Shown here piece by piece: positions 36,998-47,063 of a stretch of DNA of 58,320 nt. This DNA is from a virus. Its lineage: Duplodnaviria; Caudoviricetes. A program made the translations under genes and the position numbers. Position 1 is the stretch's first letter. Each line of letters begins with the position of its first letter. Location: the IMG/VR virus record IMGVR_UViG_3300046791_000324, positions 1-58,320 of that record; one strand, 5' to 3'. The notes under the pieces are model-generated. The model did no database searches and had not been told where the DNA came from. It saw only the letters and a program-made list of their open reading frames with translations.

Positions 36998-37417
36998 CAA
37001 CTGCACGAGAAACCTCGCCCTGTAAGTTTTCAGGGTGTTACCAGTGCCTGTCCTGGTGAGGATGACAGGCTCCACTTTTTATGACCCTCTGCGACTGCTC
37101 TTGCTGTGACCCGTGCCCACTGGGCCGAACCGGCATGATGTATCGCTGCTCTGTTGAGCTGCGTGAGAGATTTCTCCGCGCCCAAGAGAACCACAAAGAG
37201 GCTTGGCAGATGGCGCTCGACCACAACCAGCCGGCGGACATTCGGCGCGAGTGGGAAACCAAGCGCGACCTGTTTGAGTTGACCATGCGCCGCCTCCGTG
37301 GTAACATCGGGCAATGAACAATCTCCCCGCATTAAGGAAAATGTGGCCGGCTGACACGAGTGTGTTCCCTGGCTTACCATCCGCGGGGCCTTCTTTCAAC
37401 TGAACCAACAAGAAGCC

Positions 37418-37753
37418 ATGAGCGAACAAGTCATCAGCAACCAACGCACGAACCTCACCGTCGAATCGAACGTCCGCACGTATTTTCTCGCGTGCTCCAA
37501 ACAGAATCGCGCCAACAAGTTCAAGCGCGTCTCTCAGGAGCGCCTGGACGAAGTCGAAGCGGAAGTCGATTGCATCATCCGCCAGATTGAGAGCAAGATT
37601 CGCGAGCCTCTGCATTCGCTGCCGCCCGACGACGACTTGCGCCTCATCACCGGCTTCGCCGCCGAGCGCGCGCTGGCCCGCCTTGAGAAGGCCATCCGCA
37701 AAATCATCTGCAACAAAACCCAGAGCACGCCGTCCTGCGGCATCACATTATGA
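37418..37753 (+). CDS. Possible phage histone-fold protein
   Basis: L...S.VR...L......R..KF.RVS...LD.VEA and C-terminal PS.G.TL. Confidence 0.4.
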   Translation: MSEQVISNQRTNLTVESNVRTYFLACSKQNRANKFKRVSQERLDEVEAEVDCIIRQIESKIREPLHSLPPDDDLRLITGFAAERALARLEKAIRKIICNKTQSTPSCGITL

Positions 37754-37926
37754 GCGACCTGAAAATCAAATGGCTGTTTGCAATCGTCCTGACGCTTTTC
37801 CTGCCCGCTTGCCTCGGAGTCTGCTGGTTGCTCAATGCCTTGGGCAATGTAGTCGGCCACGGGTGGGTGATTCTCGGCATTGTCTCTCTCGTCTTCGGCG
37901 CACAGGCCTTCACTGGAGACTAGACC

Positions 37927-39933
37927 ATGAGCCAAATCCTCGGTTTCGACTACGAAACTTTTTACCACAAATCGAAGAAGGTCGGCTACTCAGTCACCCT
38001 CATGGGCGACTACGCCTACATGCACAGCCCGCGCTTCGACGCCTACCTGCTCACGGTGTGCGACGACAAGGAGACCTGGGCCGGGCACCCGCGGGACTTC
38101 AACTGGGACGCCATCGACCACGAGACAACGCTCGTCTCTCACAACGCGCACTTCGACAGCGGCGTCCACGACCGCCTCGTCGAACTGGGCACCGCGCCGG
38201 CAATCAAGCCCGCACACTGGTTCTGCACGGCGAACATGTCCGCGTATCTCTGCAACCGCAGGTCCCTGGACGAGGCAGCCAAATTTTTGCTGGGCGTTGA
38301 GCTGGACAAGTCCGTTCGCGACAAGGCCAACGGCAAGACTGCCGACCAGATAAAGGCCGAGGGCTGGTGGAACGACATGGTGCGCTACGGACGCCGCGAC
38401 GCGGTGACCTGCCGCGAGCTGTGGATGAAGCACGGAGACAAGTGGCCGGAGTTCGAGCGCCAGCTCGCTGACCAGACCTCGCGCCAGGGCAAGCGCGGCG
38501 TGCAGGTGGACGTGGACAAGCTGACGGACTACATCAAGACGGCGCACACCATGCAGCTCGACTGCGAGGCCACGCTGCCCTGGATTGCCGAGGGCCACAA
38601 GCCAACGTCACCGAAGGCAATCGCTGAACGCTGCCGCATGGAAGGCATCCCGTCCCCGCCGGTCATCAGTCACGACGGAGAAGAGGCCTTCGACCTGTGG
38701 GAGAAAACCTACGCGCCACGTTTTGCCTGGGCCGCGAACGTCGCCAAGCTCCGCAGCATCCGCCAGTTCCTGGGCAGCCTGGAGACCATCAAGGAGCGCC
38801 TGACGCCCGAAGGCATCCTGCAATTCCGCTTGAAGTATTTCGGCGCTCACACGGGCCGCTGGTCCGGCGACGGCGGCGTCAACATGCAAAACTTCCGCAA
38901 GGAGCCGCTGTATCGCGACGACAAAGGTTTTCTCATCAACGAGGCGGACAGGCTCAAAGAAATCGACCACAACCTCGGCAAGTCCGGCACGGTCCCGAGC
39001 TTCGTCACCGCGACTCTCGATGTCCGTTCGCTTTTTATTCCGCGCGCCGGCAAGAAAATGATTGTGTCTGACCTCAGCCAGATTGAGCCGCGCGTGCTCG
39101 CCTGGGTGACAGGCAACCAAGAGCTGCTCGACCTGATGGCAGCCGGCCAGAGCCCCTACGAAGCCTTCGCGCGCCAGCAAATGGGCTGGACCGGCGGTGA
39201 CTTGAAGAAGGGAGACAAGGACCGCTACGCGCTGAGCAAGGCGCAGGTGTTGAGCCTCGGCTACCAAGCCGCCTGGGAAAAGTTCATCGCGATGGCAATG
39301 ACGCACGCGCGCATCGACATCACGGAAAAGGACCCGGAGTTCGTGCCCGTGCTGAACGAAGACGGAGAGCCCATCCTGAACAAGGACGGGTCCCCGAAGC
39401 TGGTCAGCGGCTACGGCAGCTTTTCCCGCGAGTGCGTGAAAAACTTTCGGGCCAACAACCCGAAAATCGTCGGGCTGTGGAAGCACCTGGACAAGGCCTA
39501 CAAAGACAGCCTGCTCGACGGCGAGTTTTCCATCGAGCTGCCGTCCGGTCGCAAGCTGACCTACCGCAAGCTGGCCCGCGAGTGGGTGAAGCAATACGAC
39601 GAAGAGACTGACCAGTGGCGCAACCGCTGCTGCGTTCGGGCCGAGGGAATTAAGAATGGCCGGCTGGTGCGGATTCCTTACTACGGCGGGATGCTCACGG
39701 AGAACATGATTCAAGCAATCGCCCGTGAAGTTTTCGCCGAACACTGCTTGGCCCTGGACCGAACCTTCGGCGACGGCACGGTGTTGTGGACGGCGCACGA
39801 CGAAACCATCAACGAGGTTGACCAATCTGTGACGGCGAAAGATGTCGAGCATGTGATGTCACAGTGCCCCACATGGCTCCAAGGTTGTCCAATCGCTGCC
39901 GAAGCGAAAGAGGTTCCCTACTACCTGAAATGA
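37927..39933 (+). CDS. polA: DNA polymerase, family A, with 3'-5' exonuclease
   Basis: DYET, HNAHFD, HTGRWSG, motif A DLSQIEPR, motif B K...LSLGY, motif C HDE. Confidence 0.95.
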   Translation: MSQILGFDYETFYHKSKKVGYSVTLMGDYAYMHSPRFDAYLLTVCDDKETWAGHPRDFNWDAIDHETTLVSHNAHFDSGVHDRLVELGTAPAIKPAHWFCTANMSAYLCNRRSLDEAAKFLLGVELDKSVRDKANGKTADQIKAEGWWNDMVRYGRRDAVTCRELWMKHGDKWPEFERQLADQTSRQGKRGVQVDVDKLTDYIKTAHTMQLDCEATLPWIAEGHKPTSPKAIAERCRMEGIPSPPVISHDGEEAFDLWEKTYAPRFAWAANVAKLRSIRQFLGSLETIKERLTPEGILQFRLKYFGAHTGRWSGDGGVNMQNFRKEPLYRDDKGFLINEADRLKEIDHNLGKSGTVPSFVTATLDVRSLFIPRAGKKMIVSDLSQIEPRVLAWVTGNQELLDLMAAGQSPYEAFARQQMGWTGGDLKKGDKDRYALSKAQVLSLGYQAAWEKFIAMAMTHARIDITEKDPEFVPVLNEDGEPILNKDGSPKLVSGYGSFSRECVKNFRANNPKIVGLWKHLDKAYKDSLLDGEFSIELPSGRKLTYRKLAREWVKQYDEETDQWRNRCCVRAEGIKNGRLVRIPYYGGMLTENMIQAIAREVFAEHCLALDRTFGDGTVLWTAHDETINEVDQSVTAKDVEHVMSQCPTWLQGCPIAAEAKEVPYYLK

Positions 39934-39982
39934 GCGCCCCTCAGTTGACAACACGCGATAACCCGAGATACTCTTCTCCACT

Positions 39983-42262
39983 GTGCTAAGATACCTCAAG
40001 AACCTTACGTCCACGCAAACCTTCGAGGGTGAGCCGTGGAAATTCGACAAACTCTCCTCCGTTCCTCAAAGCTGCATCGACGACAAGGCTGCCCGGACCG
40101 CCTGGGCAAACCTCTCCGGGACCGATTACATGTTCTACTCCGGCTTCGTCGCCGTCAACGAGAACATGCGCGTGAGCGAACGTGGGCTAAAGGACAACGA
40201 CAACCGACCCTGGGAAATGCGCGCGTTCGTCGGCGACTACGATGCCAAGTTCACTGAGCAGGAAGTCGATAGCGCAATCGCTCGGATGGACATCAAGCCA
40301 AACTGGGTGGAGCGTTCTCTCTCCGGCAACTGGCGCTTGGTCTGGATTTTCGCCGTGCCCATCGCCCTCTCCTCTCGCAACTTCGCGGTTCACCTTCTCA
40401 AGCAGCTTCACGAGTTCCTTCCGATTCTCCAGTTGAGCAACCTCGACGTTGGCTACCTGGAACCGTCTCGCTACTACACTGCCGGCTCTCAGTGGCGGCA
40501 GATTGAGCCTGACCCCATCCCGCACGCGACCGTCTGCGGCTGGCTGTTGAAGGTCTGCCGGACCTACGCGTGGAAAGACAACGAGCCCGGCGTGACCATC
40601 CCCGCGAAGATTGTCGCCGACCGCTTCCGCGAGCTGTCCGACAAGTTCCCCCGCTTCAAGGAGTGGGAAGGCGACTTCGACTTCGGTCTGCAAGGCCCGT
40701 CCTTCTGGATTGAAGGCTCCACGTCGAAGGCGTCCGCGATGGTGTGCGAGACCGGCATGAAAACTTTTGCGGCGCACGCGGGCGGCAAGGGCTGGTGGAC
40801 ATGGCCCGAGCTGCTCGGAGCTGACTGGGTCAAACAGTTCGAGCAGAACCGAACGGGGAACGCGGTCAAGGACATCTACTTCGACGGCAAAGATTACGGC
40901 GTCAAGCGGGAGTCCGGGCGCTGGGATATTCTGAACAAGGACAACGTCATCAACGAGCTGGTGGTGATGCGCGGCCTCACGCGTGACATCAGCAAGAAGA
41001 AGGGCGAGACCTTTTCCGAAGTCGAAGGCGCGATTGCTTTCATTCACGGAGAGCAGCGGGTCAAGGGCATGAAGTCCTTCGCCTTCTGGCCCAAGGGCAA
41101 AATCCCTTTCAACAGCGAGTGGTATATCAACACGCACAACGTCGATGCCATGTCGCCGGCTGACGGCAAAGCGGTGTGGGGCCCCGAGGGACAGTTCCCC
41201 TGGATTTCCGAATACTACGACAACTTTTTCACGACGCCCGACCAGCTCCCTTTCTACTTGAGCTGGGCCAGCTACTTCTACAAGGGCTGCTACGAGCGCG
41301 ACCTGCAACTCGGTCACGCAATCTACATCGCGGGGCCCGTGGCCTGCGGCAAGACTTTCGGCTGCCGGAAAATCCTCGGCGCGATTGTCGGAGGATTCTC
41401 GGAAGCCGCGGCACACCTGCTCGGCGAGACCACCTTCAACTCTCAGCTTTTCGACCACGCTCTGCACGTCGTTGACGACACTGCGGTCACCGAGAACGAG
41501 AGGATGCTCCGCCGGTTCAGCGAGAACGTCAAGAAGAACACGGCGAACAACGAGCGCGAGTGCAACGAAAAGTTCCGCCTGGGTGGCGTCGTGGGCAGCC
41601 GGGCCCGGACGCACATCACCAGCAACCTCGACGCTGACGCCGTCCTGCATCCCGACCTCGACGCCAGCATGGCAGACAAGGTCATGATGTTCATGGCGCA
41701 GTCGCCCAAGAAAACTTTTCCGCCGGCCAAAGAGCTTGACGCCATCCTCGCGCGCGAGCTTCCGTGGTTCTGCCGCTTCCTGTTTGACTGGGTGGTCCCG
41801 CCCCAGTGCGTCGGCACGTCGCAGGATGAAGCCCGCTTCGGCGGCATCAAGGCCTATCACAACCCCGAGATGGTGACGAGCGCGCAGCGGTCCAGCAAGA
41901 CCTCGGCTCTCGCTCAGGTCCTCATCGTGTGGATGCGCGAGTATTTCACGAAGACCGAGCCCGAAGCCAACAACTGGGTGGGCTGCGCTCTCGACCTCTA
42001 TCAACAGTTCCAATCCGTGGCCGGCATCTCGGAGGTCCTCCGGCAAATGCAATTCCCCAAATTTAACCGCGACCTGCACACTCTCAGCAAGGGCAAACTC
42101 TTCAAAATCGAAGAGAGGCCCGGGGTCGCAGGCGTTCACACATACTCAATCGACCGTTCGACTCACTACCCCAAGAACCTTCGGGTTCTGGACGTGCCTG
42201 AGCAAAGGACTGACAGCCGATTCCAGAAAAACCCGACGAATGAACAACGAGAACAGCAATAA
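39983..42262 (+). CDS. Primase-helicase (prim-pol-like N-terminus plus SF3/DUF5906-like ATPase)
   Basis: GDYD...SLSGNWRLVW; GPVACGKT, VVDD, TSN; class-II motif at 39945-39975. Confidence 0.8.
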   Translation: MLRYLKNLTSTQTFEGEPWKFDKLSSVPQSCIDDKAARTAWANLSGTDYMFYSGFVAVNENMRVSERGLKDNDNRPWEMRAFVGDYDAKFTEQEVDSAIARMDIKPNWVERSLSGNWRLVWIFAVPIALSSRNFAVHLLKQLHEFLPILQLSNLDVGYLEPSRYYTAGSQWRQIEPDPIPHATVCGWLLKVCRTYAWKDNEPGVTIPAKIVADRFRELSDKFPRFKEWEGDFDFGLQGPSFWIEGSTSKASAMVCETGMKTFAAHAGGKGWWTWPELLGADWVKQFEQNRTGNAVKDIYFDGKDYGVKRESGRWDILNKDNVINELVVMRGLTRDISKKKGETFSEVEGAIAFIHGEQRVKGMKSFAFWPKGKIPFNSEWYINTHNVDAMSPADGKAVWGPEGQFPWISEYYDNFFTTPDQLPFYLSWASYFYKGCYERDLQLGHAIYIAGPVACGKTFGCRKILGAIVGGFSEAAAHLLGETTFNSQLFDHALHVVDDTAVTENERMLRRFSENVKKNTANNERECNEKFRLGGVVGSRARTHITSNLDADAVLHPDLDASMADKVMMFMAQSPKKTFPPAKELDAILARELPWFCRFLFDWVVPPQCVGTSQDEARFGGIKAYHNPEMVTSAQRSSKTSALAQVLIVWMREYFTKTEPEANNWVGCALDLYQQFQSVAGISEVLRQMQFPKFNRDLHTLSKGKLFKIEERPGVAGVHTYSIDRSTHYPKNLRVLDVPEQRTDSRFQKNPTNEQREQQ

Positions 42263-42938
42263 CTACTACCGCGCGAATGAAGACCTGCGGTTCAAACTCA
42301 CCACACCCGAAGAAGAGGCCAAACTTTTCCTGGCGGCGAAAAAGGGCGACGCAAACGCTCGTGAGTTCCTTATCAAAAACCATCTGCTCTATGCAGCAAG
42401 ATTTGCTCGCCGCGCAAATCGTGGCCGGCTTCCAGATGATGAAGTAATCTCCGCCGTGAACGCCGCCCTGATGAACGCCATCGACCGCTTCGACCCCGCC
42501 TGGGGCAATAGGTTCACGCGTTACCTCACGCCTTTTCTGCGCGGCGCAATCGCCGGCCTGTGGAAGGAGCGCAACGTGGTGACGCCGTCGTCGCACTCTG
42601 ACAAGTTCCCGACGTTCACGCCTTACAAGGAGCACGACGACGAGCATGGGAACGACGCCGCGCGCATCATGCCCAAGGCAGTGCAACAGGCCTGCGTCGA
42701 GACGGCCCCGCCGACTGACGAAATCGTTTCTCAGAAAGAGGAACTAGGCCTCAACCTCGCGATGCTCAAGAAGTGCAAGTGCAAGCTGACGCGCCCCGAG
42801 CGGGAGCTGCTGACGCTCATCTACGACGTGGGCCAGAGCATGGCAGACATCGCCCGAGACCGCGGGGTGAGCCGACAAGCGGTCCACGCGGCACATGGGC
42901 AGATTATTACCAAGCTGAGAAAGGGATTTAGGAAGTGA
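42240..42938 (+). CDS. Phage RNA polymerase sigma factor (sigma70 family)
   Basis: LTTPEEEAKL...GDANAREFLIKNHL (regions 1.2/2.1), AIDRFDPAWGNRFTRY (2.3), SMADIARDRGVSRQAV (4.2). Confidence 0.9.
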   Translation: MNNENSNNYYRANEDLRFKLTTPEEEAKLFLAAKKGDANAREFLIKNHLLYAARFARRANRGRLPDDEVISAVNAALMNAIDRFDPAWGNRFTRYLTPFLRGAIAGLWKERNVVTPSSHSDKFPTFTPYKEHDDEHGNDAARIMPKAVQQACVETAPPTDEIVSQKEELGLNLAMLKKCKCKLTRPERELLTLIYDVGQSMADIARDRGVSRQAVHAAHGQIITKLRKGFRK

Positions 42939-43107
42939 AAACTAAATGGCGCATTGATTGGGCTAAAATATCTGAGAGGGAAGACGGAAGCTGCTGCATC
43001 GGGATTGGGTATTGTGGCCCGATTGATGCGGTCTTCTGTCTATGGGACTCTCTCGAGATTTTCTTATTCCGGCGGGTTCTTCGAATCCACCGACATCGTC
43101 TTTTTAA

Positions 43108-43635
43108 ATGAAAACCATCCTCGCCTTGGACCTCGGCACCACCACGGGCTGGGCCTATCGCTCTCGCTCCGGCGGCATTACCGCGGGCGCGTGGCTCTTG
43201 CAGGACGAGAAGGCCCGCAAGCTGGCCGCCAAGGCGCGCCTGGACCGCCGGCTGGACGCCCGCATCCCCACACTTTACGGGAAGCTGCGCGCCATCTGGG
43301 CCGACAACATCGCCGACGGGACGGCCAACAACCCGGTTGACTTCCTGGTGTTCGAGGACGTGGAGTTTTCCCAATACACCTTGCAGACGCAACTGTGGTC
43401 AAGCCTCCGCGCCGCCCTCTGGCTTTTCGCGCATCGCCACGGCATCATCACCGACTGCATCAACGTCAAGACCCTCAAGAAGTTGGCCACGGGCTCCGGC
43501 GGGGCCGACAAAGATTTCATGATTCGGACCGCGACGAAGCTGTTCCCGACGGTCACCATAGTTGACGACAACGCAGCGGATGCCTTACATCTACTACAAT
43601 GGGCAATGACAATCACAAAGAGAAGCGCCAAGTAG
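43108..43635 (+). CDS. ruvC: RuvC-like Holliday junction resolvase
   Basis: ILALDLGTTTGWA, VFED, LKKLATGSGGADK, DDNAADA. Confidence 0.85.
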   Translation: MKTILALDLGTTTGWAYRSRSGGITAGAWLLQDEKARKLAAKARLDRRLDARIPTLYGKLRAIWADNIADGTANNPVDFLVFEDVEFSQYTLQTQLWSSLRAALWLFAHRHGIITDCINVKTLKKLATGSGGADKDFMIRTATKLFPTVTIVDDNAADALHLLQWAMTITKRSAK

Positions 43636-44205
43636 GAGCCGCTGTGGTTCCGACTCGCGAGGCTCTCACCCGCACGCAGCTCGACACGCTGCAAACCGTC
43701 GTGAACACGCTGAGCCCTTTCATCCTGGGGCACCGCAGCATCTTCATGATGTCGGAGGAAGAGACGCCCCGGAAGATTGACGGTGGCAGCCGCAGTGACC
43801 TTCGCCAACGTGTGCGGACGCATCGACGCGATTCTCGCGGACCAAACGCGCTGGGACACGTCGAAGCACGACGAGCTATATGGCTCGATTCAAGCAGTGC
43901 AGAACGCGCAGGTTGAATATCTGAAAGCGCAGACGGACGCCGCCAAGAGCCCGGCCTACCAGCTCCGGCCAATCATCGCCAACGACGGCTTCCAGTTCAT
44001 CTGTTACCACGGCGACATCACCAAGTCCGGCTACGCCATCATCGGCTGCGGACAAACGCCGGCAGAGGCTCTCGCCGCTTTCGACGCAGCTTTTCACAAG
44101 ACCCCGCAGCAACAAGTAATCATGGCATCGCAGGCCGCCGCCGACGAAGCCCCAAAACCAAAACGGAAACCCAAAACAGAACCGCCCTCGGGCAGCTTAA
44201 TATGA
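43599..44205 (+). pseudogene. Hypothetical gene split by a frameshift near 43780
   Basis: Coding-like ORFs 43599-43916 and 43777-44205 join in frame if one ACGGTGGC 8-mer is restored. Confidence 0.5.
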
Positions 44206-45413
44206 CCTGGACAAAGCAAGACATCCAACAATTCCGAACCGCCGTGATGTCCGGCATGACCGACAAGGCTCTCGCGCAGACCTTCGGCGTCAGCGAGCCC
44301 GCCATCCGCCGCGCCCGTCAGCGGTTCGCCCCGGAGAGCGTGAAGACCCGCGTCGCTGCCGACAAGAAACACGGCTTCGACACCGTCTATTGCGACGCTG
44401 TGTCCAACCCGACGGGGGAGAACACTGCCACGCAAGTCAACCCGGCCTGGATTGACGCAGAGGTCACATCAGAGACCGTCGGGCCCCTCGGGCAAACGGG
44501 CCCCGTCGGAGGTCCCGGTGACCCTGGCGCTCCTGGTCCGTGTCCCCTGATGGAAGCGGCCAAGGAAATCCCGACCGAGTTCGGCAAAATCCCGCTCGAC
44601 ATTTTCGACGGAGATGCCTGGACGAAAATCGGTCTCGTGTCAGACACACACTTGGCCTGCCGCGAGGAACGCCTCGACGCCCTGCACGCGCAGTATGACC
44701 TGTTCGTTCGTGAAGGCGTGAAGGACGTTTTCCACGCCGGCAACATCGTGGACGGCTACGTTCCGCGCATCAACGGCGCGAGCGTCATCGAGACCAGCAT
44801 CGACGGGCAGGCAATGTATTGCGCCCGCCAATATCCGCAACGGGACGGCATCACCACGCACTTCATCACGGGCGACGACCACGAGGGCTGGTGGCAGAAA
44901 GAGGGCTTCAACTTCGGCGCTTACTTGCAGATGGTCTGCGAGCGCATGGGTCGCACGGACATGAAGTATATCGGCCACGTCGAAGCCGACGTTGAGCTGA
45001 CCTGCGGAGAGTTCGTCAACCGCATGAAGATTCAGCATCCGGGCGGCGGCAGTGCCTACGCCAGGAGCTACAAGGGCCAGAAGATGGTCGAGAGCTTTCA
45101 GGGCGGAGAGAAGCCGGCCATTCTGGTGCAGGGCCACTACCACGTCAGCGGCTACAGCTTCGACCGCAACGTCCACATCATCGGGATGCCTGGGTTCAAG
45201 GACCAAGACATGTTCACCCGCAAGCAACATCTCCGCTGCGAAATCGGCGGCGTGATTCTCGAATTCAAAATGTCGAGCACGACGGGAGCCATCACGCGCA
45301 TCCGCCCAGAGTTCAACATGTTTTTCGACCGAGGCTTCTACAAGAAGTTCCTTCCGTCGGACGGCGTGCTCCGCGGTCAACCGAAATCCATCATCACGGG
45401 GAACGGACAATGA
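44202..45413 (+). CDS. Calcineurin-like metallophosphoesterase with N-terminal HTH
   Basis: SDTH, HAGNIVDG, TGDDHE, QHP, QGHYH; short Gly-X-Y linker. Confidence 0.85.
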   Translation: MTWTKQDIQQFRTAVMSGMTDKALAQTFGVSEPAIRRARQRFAPESVKTRVAADKKHGFDTVYCDAVSNPTGENTATQVNPAWIDAEVTSETVGPLGQTGPVGGPGDPGAPGPCPLMEAAKEIPTEFGKIPLDIFDGDAWTKIGLVSDTHLACREERLDALHAQYDLFVREGVKDVFHAGNIVDGYVPRINGASVIETSIDGQAMYCARQYPQRDGITTHFITGDDHEGWWQKEGFNFGAYLQMVCERMGRTDMKYIGHVEADVELTCGEFVNRMKIQHPGGGSAYARSYKGQKMVESFQGGEKPAILVQGHYHVSGYSFDRNVHIIGMPGFKDQDMFTRKQHLRCEIGGVILEFKMSSTTGAITRIRPEFNMFFDRGFYKKFLPSDGVLRGQPKSIITGNGQ

Positions 45414-45760
45414 GCAACAGAACCTGGACACTGACCGAGGCTCTCGCCCTCGTCCGAGACCTTGAGGAACACTTCTCAACTGTGGCGGACGGAGAACGGT
45501 TCCACTTCGCCCTCGGTGGCTCGGTGCTGCACAAGGGGGAGTCCAAGAAGGACCTCGACATCTTCGTGTATCCCCGCAAGAAGCCCGACGCGGGCTGGGG
45601 CTACACGTATGCTGCGATGGCAATCGGGGAGTATCTCAGCCTCGCGCTGAGACGCTGCACCAGAAACAAAGAAGAGGAGCCCCAGTATCGCGACGCCAAG
45701 AACGTGTGCTACGCCTACACCAGCGCCGGCAAACGCATAGACTTCTTTTTCCTCTCGTGA
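45410..45760 (+). CDS. Minimal nucleotidyltransferase (Pol-beta superfamily)
   Basis: LGGSVL...KDLDIFV...RIDFF. Confidence 0.7.
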   Translation: MSNRTWTLTEALALVRDLEEHFSTVADGERFHFALGGSVLHKGESKKDLDIFVYPRKKPDAGWGYTYAAMAIGEYLSLALRRCTRNKEEEPQYRDAKNVCYAYTSAGKRIDFFFLS

Positions 45761-45777
45761 CCGTCATCGGCTACAAA

Positions 45778-45909
45778 ATGAAAAACGTCCTGTGCGGATG
45801 TTGCAAGCAGAACATCTGGTGGGACAGGGACGCGCGGTTCTGGTGCGAGAACAAAGCGTGCAAAGAATTCAAACTCGTCGAATACAACCCGAAATTCAAA
45901 AACCCATGA
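45778..45909 (+). CDS. Small zinc-finger protein
   Basis: CGCC...WD...WCENKAC. Confidence 0.45.
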   Translation: MKNVLCGCCKQNIWWDRDARFWCENKACKEFKLVEYNPKFKNP

Positions 45910-46289
45910 AACCACTAAACTCAGACGGCAAGCCGGCCAACGAGCTGCACGAAGGCAGTTGGATTGGCGTGGACCTCGACGGCACGCTCGCGCACTACGA
46001 CGGCTGGAAGGGCGTCTCTCATATCGGCGAGCCGATTCCCGCGATGGTTGAGCGGGTGAAGCGTTGGTGCGCCGAGGGAAAAGAGGTTCGCATCTTCACG
46101 GCGCGCGCCTACAACGACCTGTCAGCCCTCAAGTGGATTTATGCTTGGTGCGAAAAGCATCTTGGCCAGAGGCTGCGAGTGACCTGCGAGAAGGACCTGA
46201 AAATGTATGAGCTGTGGGACGACCGTTCTGTGTGCGTCGAACGCAACACGGGCCGAGTCCTCGGCTGCAACCCAACGGACACACTATGA
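45906..46289 (+). CDS. HAD-family phosphatase (PNKP-phosphatase/nucleotidase-like)
   Basis: WIGVDLDGTLA, IFTAR, K...LWDDR. Confidence 0.85.
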   Translation: MKPLNSDGKPANELHEGSWIGVDLDGTLAHYDGWKGVSHIGEPIPAMVERVKRWCAEGKEVRIFTARAYNDLSALKWIYAWCEKHLGQRLRVTCEKDLKMYELWDDRSVCVERNTGRVLGCNPTDTL

Positions 46290-46633
46290 ACTACGCCGAC
46301 GACACACGCCAGATTCACGTCATCCAATACGGAGCTGACGGCGGAGTTGAGCACACGGTCACGCAGGCCTTCTTGACCATGAAGGCCCGCGAGTTCTACC
46401 GCAAGGTGTGCTTCGCGCAACGGGAGAAGGGCGGAGAGAGGCCCCGCGTGTGCATCGCCGGCTTCATGGATTTTCTCTGGCTCCGCTCCTACTGCGCCGA
46501 CTACTTGGGCAACGCTCCGATGTTCGACACGGGCGTGCAGTCGATGCCAGAAAATTTCCCAAAACACTTCACCTGGAGAGGCGTCCTCATCATCGAGGCC
46601 CTCGAAAACGAAACCGGATACACCTTCGCATGA
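46286..46633 (+). CDS. Hypothetical protein
   Basis: ATGA overlaps at both ends. Confidence 0.55.
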   Translation: MNYADDTRQIHVIQYGADGGVEHTVTQAFLTMKAREFYRKVCFAQREKGGERPRVCIAGFMDFLWLRSYCADYLGNAPMFDTGVQSMPENFPKHFTWRGVLIIEALENETGYTFA

Positions 46634-47022
46634 GCGACGTAGCCTCACTCCTGGGCAACGTCAGAGAGATGCCCATTCCGACGGGGCAACGCCTCGACGT
46701 TTTCGTGTGCCCCGGCGTCTCGCAGGAGGCGCTGGACCGCTGGGTGACGCAGGGCGGCAAGACCACGTTCCACACCGACGAGTGCAGCGGCAACATCGCC
46801 GACTGGGGCGTGGACATGGCCAAGAAGTGCGGAATTGCTCTGTTCACCATCTGGTCGCAGCGGGGCGTGCGAGACGGCTACCTCGACGGCAAAACGTCTG
46901 AACTGCTCCAACCCTTCTACGACCGCGCGGGCGAAGAGGCGAACTGTTTCCAGTGGCAGCCCATCGAGAAAAACTTTGTGCGGCGCGGACCCGACTGGTT
47001 CAACGAACGGAAGACCGCTTGA
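46630..47022 (+). CDS. Hypothetical protein
   Basis: ATGA overlap with the upstream gene. Confidence 0.55.
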   Translation: MSDVASLLGNVREMPIPTGQRLDVFVCPGVSQEALDRWVTQGGKTTFHTDECSGNIADWGVDMAKKCGIALFTIWSQRGVRDGYLDGKTSELLQPFYDRAGEEANCFQWQPIEKNFVRRGPDWFNERKTA

Positions 47023-47063
47023 TTTGACGGGGCGCGTCGCCCCGTGCTAACCTACGAACACTG

